This document shows, one piece after another, positions 37,215 to 47,196 of a stretch of 64,000 bases of DNA. A model generated the notes under the pieces. That model worked only from the letters and a program-made list of their open reading frames with translations, ran no database searches and had not been told where the DNA came from. Made by a program: the position numbers and the translations under genes. Numbering within the stretch: the stretch's first letter is position 1; each line of letters starts with the position of its first letter. Source of the stretch: Gemmatimonadales bacterium (GTDB lineage Bacteria > Gemmatimonadota > Gemmatimonadetes > Gemmatimonadales > GWC2-71-9); contig JBFJHJ010000001.1 in the NCBI GenBank assembly GCA_041613315.1, forward strand, positions 32,001 to 96,000, read 5' to 3'.

Positions 37215-39131
37215 CTACTCCGTCGCCGGCTTCGCGCCCTTCAGGTACTTGTCGAGGAACTCCCGGATCGCCCGGTACGCCGTGATCCGGTTGTCTTTCT
37301 TCACGAAGCCGTGGCCTTCGTCGTCGAACACCAGGTACTCCGCCACCCCGCCGCGTGTGCGGATCGCCTCCACGATCTCGTCCGACTCGACCTTGAGTAC
37401 CCGTGGATCGTTCGCGCCCTGGAGCACCATCAGCGGGGCCTTGATCCGCTCAGCGTGGAACAGGGGCGAGATCCGGTGGAGTCGCTCCTGGTCGGTGGCG
37501 GGGTCGCCCATCTCCGTGTAGAGCGCCTCACGGAACGCCTCCCACCAGGGCGGGATGCTCTCCAGGGTCCGCACCCAATTGGAGATGCCGAAGAGATCCA
37601 CGCCCACCGCGAAGGTGTCGGGACGGAACGTGACCCCGGCGAGCGTCATGTAGCCGCCGTAGCTGCCGCCCAGGATCCCCACTTTCTCGATGTCCGCCCA
37701 GGGCTGGTCCTCCAGGTACCGTTTCGCCCACACCACGTCGTCCAGGTCGGCTTCCCCGTGCCGGCGATCGTCCATCGCGAAGAACGTCTTGCCGTAGCCC
37801 GAGCTTCCCCGATTGTTCACCGCCAGGATCGCGTAGCCGTGGTTCGTCAGATACTGCCGGAAGCCACTGTAGCCGAGGCGCGTCTGACCGCCGGGGCCGC
37901 CGTGGATCCACAGCACCACGGGCGCCTTGTGCTGCGCCGCTGCGGTGCGCGGCCGGTAGAGACGCGCGGGGATCTCGACCCCGTCGTAGGAGCGGTAGCG
38001 GACCACCGTGCCGTCCACCAGATCCCCGGGGTCGATCTCCGGGTTCATCGTGTCGGTCAGCCGCCGGACCTGCCCCGACCGGAAATCCAGCACGTGCAGG
38101 TTCGCCGGCGACCGGTCGGCGTCCACGTAGAAGGCCATGAGCCGCTCGCTTGGGGAAAACCGCACGCCGGTGACGTCCCCGTCCGGGATCCGAGGCAGCG
38201 GCACACGGGTGTGAGTCTTGGTCTCGTAGACCCGTATCTCGGTGCGGGCATCGTTGTTCACGCCGACGACCAGGTACGTCCCGCGATCGGACAGGCTCGC
38301 GAACATGATGTCCCAGTCGGCCTGCTCCACCGGCTGCACCGCGCCGGTCGCGAGGTCGCGCCGCGCCAGGTAGCTGAACTCGGAACCCTCGTCGGAGAGG
38401 AAATAGAGCTGCCGCGAGTCCTTGGAGAAGTCGGTGGGTTGGTAATTGATGTCGCCCGTATGGGGGGTGAGATGGACGATCTCGCCCGTCCGGTTGTTGC
38501 GCAGGTACATGTCGCTGTTGTTCGTCGTCACCGGCTTCACCAGCGCCATCCACTGCCGGTCGGGACTGATCGCGCCGACCTGGAACCCCACGGTGTCCCG
38601 GAAGACCGGGCGCGGTTCCATACTGGCGAGACGCATCTCGAAGACGTCAAAGAAGCGCCGGTCCCGCGCGTTCGTGCCATAGAAGAACGACTGGCGGTCG
38701 TCGGCCCAGCCGAAGAAGACCGCCTTGACGCTGTCGCCCGGCGTCAGGTCGCGGACCGTCCCGTCGGGAGCGCGAACATAGAGGTGGCTCTGCTCGTTCC
38801 CGCCGCGGTCGCTTGCGTACAGGATGCGCCGGTCGCCCGGGAAGTAGCCGATGGCGAAAATGGCGTCGCTGTCGGACATCGTGATGCGCCGGAGCGCTCC
38901 GCCGGCGACCGGCACCTCCCACGCGTTGAACACGCCGCTTTGGTCGCTCGACACGAGGATCGTCCGCTCGTCGGGGGCGAAGGAGGCGCCGAACACGGCG
39001 GTCGTGTTCATGAACTGCTCGATCGTGTAGGTCCGAGCTTCGGCGCTCTGCGCCGGAGCGGGCACCGCGGCCGCCGTGGTGGCCATCGCGTACGCGAGGG
39101 TTACCCGGAGTGTTGCCGGTATGCGGCTCAT
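37215..39131 (-). CDS. S9-family peptidase, secreted
   Basis: IHGGPG, GGSYGG, NDPRV, DEGHG. Confidence 0.93.
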   Translation of the reverse strand: MSRIPATLRVTLAYAMATTAAAVPAPAQSAEARTYTIEQFMNTTAVFGASFAPDERTILVSSDQSGVFNAWEVPVAGGALRRITMSDSDAIFAIGYFPGDRRILYASDRGGNEQSHLYVRAPDGTVRDLTPGDSVKAVFFGWADDRQSFFYGTNARDRRFFDVFEMRLASMEPRPVFRDTVGFQVGAISPDRQWMALVKPVTTNNSDMYLRNNRTGEIVHLTPHTGDINYQPTDFSKDSRQLYFLSDEGSEFSYLARRDLATGAVQPVEQADWDIMFASLSDRGTYLVVGVNNDARTEIRVYETKTHTRVPLPRIPDGDVTGVRFSPSERLMAFYVDADRSPANLHVLDFRSGQVRRLTDTMNPEIDPGDLVDGTVVRYRSYDGVEIPARLYRPRTAAAQHKAPVVLWIHGGPGGQTRLGYSGFRQYLTNHGYAILAVNNRGSSGYGKTFFAMDDRRHGEADLDDVVWAKRYLEDQPWADIEKVGILGGSYGGYMTLAGVTFRPDTFAVGVDLFGISNWVRTLESIPPWWEAFREALYTEMGDPATDQERLHRISPLFHAERIKAPLMVLQGANDPRVLKVESDEIVEAIRTRGGVAEYLVFDDEGHGFVKKDNRITAYRAIREFLDKYLKGAKPATE

Positions 39132-39184
39132 GACATGCTCCCGAAGTGAGGTCGAAGAGGCGGGGCGGCGCCGGAGGCCGGCCC

Positions 39185-39214
39185 TTGAACGATCCGACGC
39201 GGTCCGATTAGAAT
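39185..39214 (+). promoter_or_regulatory. Sigma70-like promoter for the Gld-like operon
   Basis: TTGAAC-18 nt-TAGAAT. Confidence 0.45.
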
Positions 39215-39263
39215 GTCCTCGGCGAACGCAACGGACGCAACTCCGCCCTTCATCGCACAACGT

Positions 39264-40232
39264 ATGGCGCTGCTGACACTGGACAACGTATCAAAGCGGT
39301 TCGGAGGCGTGGCCGCCGTCGATGGGGTCAGCGTCACCGTGGACCGCGGCGAGGTCGTGGGCTTCCTGGGACCCAACGGGGCCGGCAAGTCCACGACCAT
39401 GCGGCTGATCACGCAGTACTACGAGCCCGACGCCGGCGAGATTCACTTCGACGGGCGCCCGCTGGCCGAGGCGGGGCGCGAGGCGAAGCGCCGCATCGGC
39501 TACCTTCCGGAGAACAACCCGCTCTACACCGACATGTTGGTCGCCGAGTACCTGGAGTTCGCGGCCCGCCTGCGCGGCGTGGCGGGCGCGGCGCGGGTCG
39601 CGGCCGTGGACGACGCGGTGGGCAGCACCGGCATCGCCGAGGTGTACTACCGGCCGATCGGCCAACTGTCCAAGGGCTTCCGGCAGCGAGTCGGTCTCGC
39701 CCAGGCGATCCTCCATCGACCGGACTTGCTCGTGCTCGACGAGCCGACGGAGGGCCTCGATCCCAATCAGCGGATCGAGATCCGTCGGCTCATCAGCGAG
39801 CTCGGCGCGCAGCGGACGGTAATCCTCTCGACCCACGTGCTCCAGGAAGCGCAGCACACATGCTCGCGCCTCCTGGTGATCCACCGGGGGCGCATCGTGG
39901 CGGACGGGCCCGTGGACGAACTCGCCGCCCAGGCGGAGGGGGCCGTGCGCGTGGCGGTCGAGATCGCGGGCGACGGCGTCCGTGAGGGCTTGGCCGCGCT
40001 CGAGGGCGTGCGCACCGTCGACGGCGCCCGCCCCCAGGGTGAGGGACGCGTGGCGCTCACGCTCACCGCGGCCACGATGCCGGACATCCGCCCGGCCGTC
40101 TTCGCCCTCGCGAAGGCTCGGGGATGGACGCTGTACGAGCTCCACCAGGAATCCCGGAGCCTCGAGGAGCTGTTCCGGGAGCTCACCACCGAGGCCGAAG
40201 CACGGCCCGCGCCTGACGGAGCGGCCGCATGA
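39264..40232 (+). CDS. GldA-like ABC ATP-binding protein
   Basis: GPNGAGKST, LSKGFRQRVG, DEPTEGLDP. Confidence 0.9.
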   Translation: MALLTLDNVSKRFGGVAAVDGVSVTVDRGEVVGFLGPNGAGKSTTMRLITQYYEPDAGEIHFDGRPLAEAGREAKRRIGYLPENNPLYTDMLVAEYLEFAARLRGVAGAARVAAVDDAVGSTGIAEVYYRPIGQLSKGFRQRVGLAQAILHRPDLLVLDEPTEGLDPNQRIEIRRLISELGAQRTVILSTHVLQEAQHTCSRLLVIHRGRIVADGPVDELAAQAEGAVRVAVEIAGDGVREGLAALEGVRTVDGARPQGEGRVALTLTAATMPDIRPAVFALAKARGWTLYELHQESRSLEELFRELTTEAEARPAPDGAAA

Positions 40233-42475
40233 AAGCCGTGTGGACGATCGCCCGGCGCGAGCTCCGTGAGCTGCTCGACCACCCCATGGGGTACATCCTG
40301 CTGGTCCTGTTCCTGCTGGCCAACAACTTTTTCTTCTTCCGCCGCGCGTACCTCGAGGCGGTGGCGTCGCTCCGATCGATGCTCGATCTGCTCCCGTGGC
40401 TCTTGCTCCTCTTCGTGCCGGCGGTCACGATGCGGGCGCTGTCGGAGGACCAGCGGACGGGCACGATCGAGGTCGTCCTGGCGCATCCGGTGACGGAACT
40501 CGAGCTGCTGGCTGGGAAATACCTCGGGCAGCTCCTCTTTCTGTGGCTCGCGCTGGCGCTCACCTTGCCGGTCCCGCTGGCGCTGTCCCTGGGCGCGGAT
40601 CTGCAGACGGGTATCGTCGTGGCGCAGTACGTGGGAGCCGGACTGCTCGTGGCGGGCCTCACCGGCGTCGGGCTCTGGGCGTCGAGCATCACGCCCAACC
40701 AAATCACGGCGTTCATCGTGGCCGTCGCCGTGATGATTGTGCTGATCCTGCTGGGGGCGAACTCGCTCATCGCCGGGCTTCCACCGGCGCTGAGCAACGT
40801 CGCGGCCAGCCTCTCAGTGCTCACCCACTTCGAGAACATCACGCGCGGCGTGATCGATCTCCGCGACGCCGTATACTTCGTCACGCTGGCCGCGATGTTT
40901 CTCGCCTTGGCCTACCTGGCGCTCGCCGGGCGCAAGCTCTCGCCCGCCAGGGCGACGCTCCGGCGGCTGCGGCTGGGGACGCTGCTCCTCGCGGCCACGC
41001 TGGTGATCGTGAACCTGTTCGGGCGGCACATTGCGGGTCGGCTCGACCTGACCCCGGGCAACACGTACACGCTCTCCCCGGCCACGAAGGGCATGCTCCG
41101 GCAGGTCGACGATCTCGTGACGATCAAGCTCTTCATCTCGAAGGATCTCCCGCCCGAGGTGGCGATCGTCCGCCGGGATCTGGACGATCTCTTGCGTGAT
41201 ATGCAGGCGGCGGCCGGGGACAACCTCCGGGTGCAGACGCTGCGTCCCGAAAGCGGGACCCAGGCCGAGTCCGAGGCGCGGGGTCTCGGCATCCCGCCGA
41301 TCCAGTTCAACGTGATCGGGGAGTCCGAGTTCAAGGTGAAGGAGGGCTATCTTGGCCTCGCCGTCCAATACGCCGACCGCGCCGAAACCATCCCGGTTGT
41401 GGATCGGACGGACGACCTGGAGTACCGCTTGGTCTCGCAGATCCGCTCGCTCACGCGGACCGATACCACCGTCGTGGCGCTCGTCGAGAGCGGTGGCGAC
41501 CCGTCGGCGGGAGAGACCTACCGGGCGTTGCGCGAGGAGCTCGAGCGGTCGTACAAGGTCGTCGCTGTGCGGCCCGCGGACAGTGCGACGCTTCCCGACC
41601 TCGCACGCGTGCTCATCCTCGCCGGCTCGCCGATGTTCGCGCCGGACAGCTTCGTCGCACGCGTGCGGTCGTTCTTCGAGCGCGGCGGCGCGGGATTGGT
41701 GCTCGCGAGCGGCATGGCGCTCCAGCCCCAGGCGCCGTTCGCCCAGCCGCGGCCGGTGCCGTGGAATGCCGCGTTGCAGGGCTACGGCGTGTCCATCCGA
41801 CCGGACCTCGTCTACGACCTGGCCTCCAACGAGCGCGTGACCGTCCCGGCGCAGCGCGGGCCCTTCCGCGTGGTGGTGAACTACCCCCTGTGGATCCGGG
41901 CGATGAGCACGCAGCGCTCCCCGGTGAACCAGGACATCGAGTCCACCTTGCTCCCGTGGACCAGCAGCATCGACACCTCGGGCGCCGCTCCGGGCTCGGT
42001 GGTGCCCCTCCTCACGACGAGCCGCGCCGGGGGCGTCGAGACGGGCCAGGCGTTCGTCGCGCCCCAGCGCGATTTCCCCGGCGACAGCCTGGCGACCCGC
42101 CTCCTGGGCGTCCTCGTGAACCCACGCGGCGACGGCGCGGCCGACTCGGCCCGGGGCCGCCTCGTCGTGATCGGCAACCAGACGTTCCTTACCGACCAGT
42201 TCGTGCGGAACGCCCCCGGCGGACTGGCGCTCGTGCTCAACGCCGTGGACTGGTTGGCGCAGGACGAGGCGCTGATGACGATCCGGGCGAAGGACCGCAG
42301 TCCGCCGCCGCTCGTGTTCTCCAGCGAGTTCAAGCGCGACGTGGCGAAGTACGGCAACCTCGCCGGCGTCCCCCTCCTCCTCATCGCCTTCGCCGGTCTC
42401 CGGCTCTGGCTCCGCCGCCGGCGCACCCTCGAGCGATACCATTCCCCCGGGATGCCGGCCGGCCTGGCGGCATGA
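40229..42475 (+). CDS. Fused GldF-like ABC-2 permease and GldG-like domain
   Basis: PAVTMR..SEDQR.GT.E, RGVIDLRD, then RLDLT...YTLS, EY.L, NAVDWL. Confidence 0.88.
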   Translation: MKAVWTIARRELRELLDHPMGYILLVLFLLANNFFFFRRAYLEAVASLRSMLDLLPWLLLLFVPAVTMRALSEDQRTGTIEVVLAHPVTELELLAGKYLGQLLFLWLALALTLPVPLALSLGADLQTGIVVAQYVGAGLLVAGLTGVGLWASSITPNQITAFIVAVAVMIVLILLGANSLIAGLPPALSNVAASLSVLTHFENITRGVIDLRDAVYFVTLAAMFLALAYLALAGRKLSPARATLRRLRLGTLLLAATLVIVNLFGRHIAGRLDLTPGNTYTLSPATKGMLRQVDDLVTIKLFISKDLPPEVAIVRRDLDDLLRDMQAAAGDNLRVQTLRPESGTQAESEARGLGIPPIQFNVIGESEFKVKEGYLGLAVQYADRAETIPVVDRTDDLEYRLVSQIRSLTRTDTTVVALVESGGDPSAGETYRALREELERSYKVVAVRPADSATLPDLARVLILAGSPMFAPDSFVARVRSFFERGGAGLVLASGMALQPQAPFAQPRPVPWNAALQGYGVSIRPDLVYDLASNERVTVPAQRGPFRVVVNYPLWIRAMSTQRSPVNQDIESTLLPWTSSIDTSGAAPGSVVPLLTTSRAGGVETGQAFVAPQRDFPGDSLATRLLGVLVNPRGDGAADSARGRLVVIGNQTFLTDQFVRNAPGGLALVLNAVDWLAQDEALMTIRAKDRSPPPLVFSSEFKRDVAKYGNLAGVPLLLIAFAGLRLWLRRRRTLERYHSPGMPAGLAA

Positions 42476-43386
42476 CCGCGACGCAGCTCACACGGATCGC
42501 GATCGCCCTCGGCGTGGTGCTGCTGCTCTGGGGCGCCGCCGAGATCCTGGGAGGAGGGATCGGACGCGGCGGTGGCGCCGTGCCGATCCGCTCGACCACG
42601 ATGGACGAAGCCGACACCGTCGAGCTTCGCCGCAGCGACGACACGCTCGTCCTCGTCAAGGACGGCGGCCGGTGGACGGTGGACGGCTTCGCGTCGGACG
42701 TCTCGCTGCTGCGGGACCTCTTCGCCGACTTCGGAGACTCGTTGCGCGCCGAGCTGGTGGCCCGGAGCCCGTCGTCACATACCCGCATGGGCGTGGACAG
42801 CGCCGGCGGAAAGCGGCTGCGCATTGTGGCGGGCGATCGCACGCTCATCGATCTGTGGGTCGGCAATCGCGGCACCGTGTGGGAGGGCATCTTCGTTCGG
42901 CCGGAGGGCGACGACCGCGTGTACGAATTGCGGGGACGGCTCGCGGGGGCCGCCGACCGTCCGCTCAACGACTGGCGGGACAAGCGCATCGTCGAAATCG
43001 AGCCCGACAGCGTGGCCCAGGTGGCCCTGGAGCGGGGTCGTCGCCGGTACGTGCTGGAGCGGGTGACGGATGGGTGGCGCTTCGCGGACGGCGGCGCGGC
43101 GGACGCCGCCAAGGCGACGCGGTTAGTCGGGGCCTACCGATCGCTCGTCGCTCAGGGGAGCTACTTCGCCACCGAGGCCGAAGCGGCGGCGGCGGATTTC
43201 GCGCGCCCCGACCGCCGGATCACCATGCTCGCCGCGGGCGGCGACACGCTGGCCGCTCTCGCATTCGACTCCACAGACACCGGATTCTGGGTGCGTCGCT
43301 CCTTCGGTGGTCCGGTGTTCCATCTGTTCACCTGGAAAGTGGACGATCTCGTTCCTCCGGACTCGGCCCTGCGGGTGAACCCGTAA
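42472..43386 (+). CDS. DUF4340-like membrane-anchored protein
   Basis: N-terminal TM, two similar halves with WRDK; usual GldG partner; ATGA overlap. Confidence 0.8.
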   Translation: MTATQLTRIAIALGVVLLLWGAAEILGGGIGRGGGAVPIRSTTMDEADTVELRRSDDTLVLVKDGGRWTVDGFASDVSLLRDLFADFGDSLRAELVARSPSSHTRMGVDSAGGKRLRIVAGDRTLIDLWVGNRGTVWEGIFVRPEGDDRVYELRGRLAGAADRPLNDWRDKRIVEIEPDSVAQVALERGRRRYVLERVTDGWRFADGGAADAAKATRLVGAYRSLVAQGSYFATEAEAAAADFARPDRRITMLAAGGDTLAALAFDSTDTGFWVRRSFGGPVFHLFTWKVDDLVPPDSALRVNP

Positions 43387-43470
43387 GCGAGCGCTCGAGC
43401 GCGGCGGGAAGCCCATGGCGGAGATCGCCTGCCGCGTCTGTTTGTTTCAGATGCGCCGTGGGATACCGGC

Positions 43471-43764
43471 TCAATGCGTCCCGCTCACCTTCCTGATCCG
43501 GATGCCCAGCACGCGGAACCCCGCGTGTGCGAGTAGGGGAAACCCGAACAGCACCACGGCGGTGGGGATGACGACGCGGCCGGCGAACCCCATCCCCCCC
43601 AGCGCCGCCCGCAGCCCGCCCCAGACCACCACGTACAGGGCCATCGTCGCGAGAAGTCCCATGACCTGTCTCAGGGCCGAGCCGCCCACCACGTCCACGG
43701 GCCAGCCGCCGAGATAGACCATGGCCAGGGCAAAGAACAGGCAGATCGCGATCAGCCATTCCAT
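43471..43764 (-). CDS. Small membrane protein
   Basis: 97 aa, three hydrophobic segments, GGGAG RBS. Confidence 0.7.
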   Translation of the reverse strand: MEWLIAICLFFALAMVYLGGWPVDVVGGSALRQVMGLLATMALYVVVWGGLRAALGGMGFAGRVVIPTAVVLFGFPLLAHAGFRVLGIRIRKVSGTH

Positions 43765-43834
43765 TGCGGGTCTCCCAGTGAAGTGAGTGCTGCGGATTGC
43801 CAACGGCGACCACGTTGGTGCGTGCGGTCGTTCC

Positions 43835-44482
43835 TTATCTTGCTCGGCCGGTCGCTACTGCCCGCGCCGAGAGCGCCAACGCCAGCGCCAGCAGCGCGAT
43901 GCCCACGGCACTGCCCGCCACGGCGAGCACGCCGCGAGCCGACATTCGCGTCGGACCCACGACCAGCACCCTGGGGGCGGGACGCGGGCGCCCCGGGGCG
44001 CCCGCCCATTCTAGCATTTCGCCTGTCGCCCGCGCGAGGGTGACGGGAAAGACGAGCTGCCGTTCACGAGCGTCCCCGGCCACGCGGCCGAGGAAGGCGA
44101 ATTCTCGGAACTCGCCGCGGCTGAGCGTGCCGCCCGACCACGTGATGGTCTGAGGCGTCGTGTCGGAGGGGGCGCGCGCCGCGAACGTCCACCCCGGCAC
44201 GGGCTCCACTCCCAGGACCGTCACGATCTCGGGGACCGCGACGTGGACGCCCGTGACGGCGGTATCGCCGGCATTGACCACGCGCACGGCGAACCGCTCC
44301 CACGATGCGGGCGATGTCGTGCCCGGCGCGATCGCGACCTGGGCGGGAACAGAGGTGGGAAGGGCGGAGATGACCCAAAGGACGGTTAAGACGATCGGGG
44401 CCGTCGCATGGGCCGCAGGCCTGCGCCCGTCGTAGCGGTCCCCGTCGGGGTGCCCGGCGCCCGCCAATCGCTGATCGATCAT
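43835..44482 (-). CDS. YcnI/DUF1775-like membrane-anchored protein
   Basis: PVPGW, ITWSGG.L..GEF.EF, C-terminal TM. Confidence 0.75.
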   Translation of the reverse strand: MIDQRLAGAGHPDGDRYDGRRPAAHATAPIVLTVLWVISALPTSVPAQVAIAPGTTSPASWERFAVRVVNAGDTAVTGVHVAVPEIVTVLGVEPVPGWTFAARAPSDTTPQTITWSGGTLSRGEFREFAFLGRVAGDARERQLVFPVTLARATGEMLEWAGAPGRPRPAPRVLVVGPTRMSARGVLAVAGSAVGIALLALALALSARAVATGRAR

Positions 44483-44513
44483 TGACCCTCCTGAGATGCG
44501 CCGCGTCACGGTC

Positions 44514-45245
44514 CTACCGGCTAACCGCCTCGCCGTCCTGACCGCCTGACTCTCCCGACCCCAACAGCCGTCGCGCGGTCCGAAACACCGCGTGCCACAT
44601 CGCGCGCGTGAGCCGTCCCGTGTTCGTATTCTGCCGGCTCGGGTGGTAGGAACTCATGAGCCGCATCCCGTCGGGCAGCGTCGCCATTGCGCCGTGGGCG
44701 AACCGCGGCCGCTCCCCCGGCTTCAGGCGCGCCCACCAGCCGGCGGCTTCGAGCCACTGGCGGTGGGCGACGTGCCCCAGCACGAGCGTGAGCGTGACGC
44801 GATCGAGGAGCGCGAGCTCGCCCGCCAGATACGGCCGGCAGGCGTCGAGCTCGTGCCGGGTCGGCCGGTTTCCGGGCGGCGCGCATCGGGCGGCGGCGGT
44901 GATGTAACAGTCCCGCAGCTCGAGGCCGTCGTCCGATGCTGTTGCCTCGGCCTGACTGGCGAAGCCGAACCGGTGCAGCGCGCCGTAGAGCCAGTTGCCG
45001 CTCGAGTCGCCGGTGAACATCCGGCCCGTTCGGTTGGCGCCGTGGGCCGCCGGCGCAAGCCCGACGATCAACAGCCGGGCCGCCGGATCGCCGAAGCCCG
45101 GAACCGGTTTGCCCCAGTAGTCCCAGTCGACGTACAGCGGCCTGCGCCGCTCTGCGACGGCGCGGCAGTGTCGCACGAGCCGGGGACACGCCGTACACCG
45201 GACCACCGCGGCCCGAAGCGTGTCGAGGGAGCGGTATCGCGTCAT
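44514..45245 (-). CDS. udgB: Uracil-DNA glycosylase family 5 (Fe-S)
   Basis: CTACPRL, GLAPAAHGANRTGRMFTGD, YHPS. Confidence 0.92.
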   Translation of the reverse strand: MTRYRSLDTLRAAVVRCTACPRLVRHCRAVAERRRPLYVDWDYWGKPVPGFGDPAARLLIVGLAPAAHGANRTGRMFTGDSSGNWLYGALHRFGFASQAEATASDDGLELRDCYITAAARCAPPGNRPTRHELDACRPYLAGELALLDRVTLTLVLGHVAHRQWLEAAGWWARLKPGERPRFAHGAMATLPDGMRLMSSYHPSRQNTNTGRLTRAMWHAVFRTARRLLGSGESGGQDGEAVSR

Positions 45246-45299
45246 CGGTGGACTCGACGGCCGTAACGTGACGCGACGGCACCGCTTCCGTGGCCGCCG

Positions 45300-46988
45300 C
45301 TACCGCCCGGCCTTGGCGACCTCCGCGGCGCGCAGCTCGCGTCGCAGGACCTTGAGCACCGAGCTCTTGGGAAGCGCGTCCATGAACTCGATGGTCCGCG
45401 GCACCTTGTACGCCGCCAGCTCCTCGCGGCAGTGCGTGAGCAGCTCGTCGGCCGTCGCTCGCTGCCCCGGCTTCAGGACGACGAACGATTTCACCGTCTC
45501 GCCCCGCTTGGCGTCCGGCACCCCGATGGTCCCGGCCTCGAGGACCGCGGGGTGGCTCATCAGCACGCGATCGATCTCGTCCGGATACACATTGTAGCCC
45601 GAGCAGAGGATCATGTCCTTCTTGCGTCCCTCAATGAAGAAGAAGCCGTCCTCGTCCATCCGGGCGAGGTCGCCGGTGTAGAGCCAGCCGGCGCGGATCA
45701 TCTCCGCCGTGGCCTCGGGCCGCTTCCAATACCCCTTCATCACCTGCGGGCCGTTGACGGCCAGTTCACCCACCTCGTTGGGGGGGAGGATCCGTGTCCC
45801 GTCTTCGATGTCGACGATGCGGGCGTCGGTGGAGGAGATCGGGACGCCGATGCTCCCCGGTTTGCGCGTGCCGAGGACGGGGTTCGAGTGGGTGACGGGG
45901 GCCGTCTCGGTCAGGCCGAAGCCCTCGGTGATCTTCCCGCCCGTAATCGCCTCGAAGCGTTGCATCACCTCGACCGGCAGCGGCGCGGAGCCCGAATTGC
46001 AGACTTTGACGCTCGAGAGATCGGCTTTCGCCGCGTCGGGGTGCTGGTTGATGGCGTTGTAGGTGGCGGGCACGGCCGGCGCCAGCGTCACGCGATGCTT
46101 CGCGATCGCGGACACGATGGCGGGAATGTCCCGCGGATTGGGTAACAGCACCAGGGCCGCTCCCATCGCGATCCCGTTGTTCATCGCCACCGTGAGGCCG
46201 TACGAGTGGAACAGCGGCAGCATGGTCAACATGACCTCGCGGCCCGGTACGAGGCCGGGCAACCAGGCGGCGAGCTGCTGCACGTTCACCGACAAGTTGC
46301 GGTGGGTGAGCATCGCACCCTTGGAGACGCCGGTTGTTCCGCCGGTGTACAGCAGCGTTGCCACGTCGTCCAACTCGAGCGTCACGGCCGGCGGCTGCGG
46401 GGGCGTCTTCCGGACGAGCGTCCGGAAGTCGTGCACGTTGGCGTCGCGGGGGACGTTCGCGACGAGCGGCGGGGCCTGGCGCCGGAGCTTGAACGGCGCG
46501 AGCTGTTTGAGCGGGAATCGCATGTAGTCGGGAATCGTCGTCACGACGTAGTGCTTGACCGGCAGGCGGTCGCGGATCGCGCGGATCTTCTGCACGTAGA
46601 GGTAGTCAGTGATCACGGCCACCTCGCAGCCGCCGTCGTTCCACTGATGCTCGATTTCCCGTGGCGTGTACAGCGGATTGGTCGGCGAGGCGATCGCGTT
46701 GAGCGACAGCGCGGCGTAGTAGGCGATCGCAAACTGCGGAAGGTTTGGGGTCTGAATGGCGACCCGCGTCCCTCGTGCCACTCCGAGCGTCGTGAGAGCG
46801 GTCGCGAACCGATCGACTTCGTCGCCGAATTGCCGATAGGTGAGCCGGCCGTTGAAGAAGATCAATGCCGGTCGATCCGGGTACGTTCGCACGGCGCGTC
46901 GGAGGAAATCCACCACCGTCGCAGGCTCGAGGTCGAGCTCTGCGGGAACGCCGTCATCGTAGTGCCGATGCCAGGGCCTCTGCTCCAT
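45300..46988 (-). CDS. Long-chain fatty acid-CoA ligase (FadD-like)
   Basis: YTGGTTGVSKG, EGFGLTE, TGD, GRKKD. Confidence 0.93.
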   Translation of the reverse strand: MEQRPWHRHYDDGVPAELDLEPATVVDFLRRAVRTYPDRPALIFFNGRLTYRQFGDEVDRFATALTTLGVARGTRVAIQTPNLPQFAIAYYAALSLNAIASPTNPLYTPREIEHQWNDGGCEVAVITDYLYVQKIRAIRDRLPVKHYVVTTIPDYMRFPLKQLAPFKLRRQAPPLVANVPRDANVHDFRTLVRKTPPQPPAVTLELDDVATLLYTGGTTGVSKGAMLTHRNLSVNVQQLAAWLPGLVPGREVMLTMLPLFHSYGLTVAMNNGIAMGAALVLLPNPRDIPAIVSAIAKHRVTLAPAVPATYNAINQHPDAAKADLSSVKVCNSGSAPLPVEVMQRFEAITGGKITEGFGLTETAPVTHSNPVLGTRKPGSIGVPISSTDARIVDIEDGTRILPPNEVGELAVNGPQVMKGYWKRPEATAEMIRAGWLYTGDLARMDEDGFFFIEGRKKDMILCSGYNVYPDEIDRVLMSHPAVLEAGTIGVPDAKRGETVKSFVVLKPGQRATADELLTHCREELAAYKVPRTIEFMDALPKSSVLKVLRRELRAAEVAKAGR

Positions 46989-47196
46989 GATGCCTCCCGA
47001 ATCCCGTGCCGGGCAATCATGCGCGACCGGGTTGCGGTGTGTCAATCCACCGGATAGCGATACCTGACGAGCGCTCAGGCCGCTCGGACGGTACCGATTG
47101 AACTCCGCCCCCTGGACACTAATCTTCAAGGGCCGAGGCTCACACCGTCCGGCTCAACACATACACCACAAACTCACTCAGCACGAGGTCTTCGTG

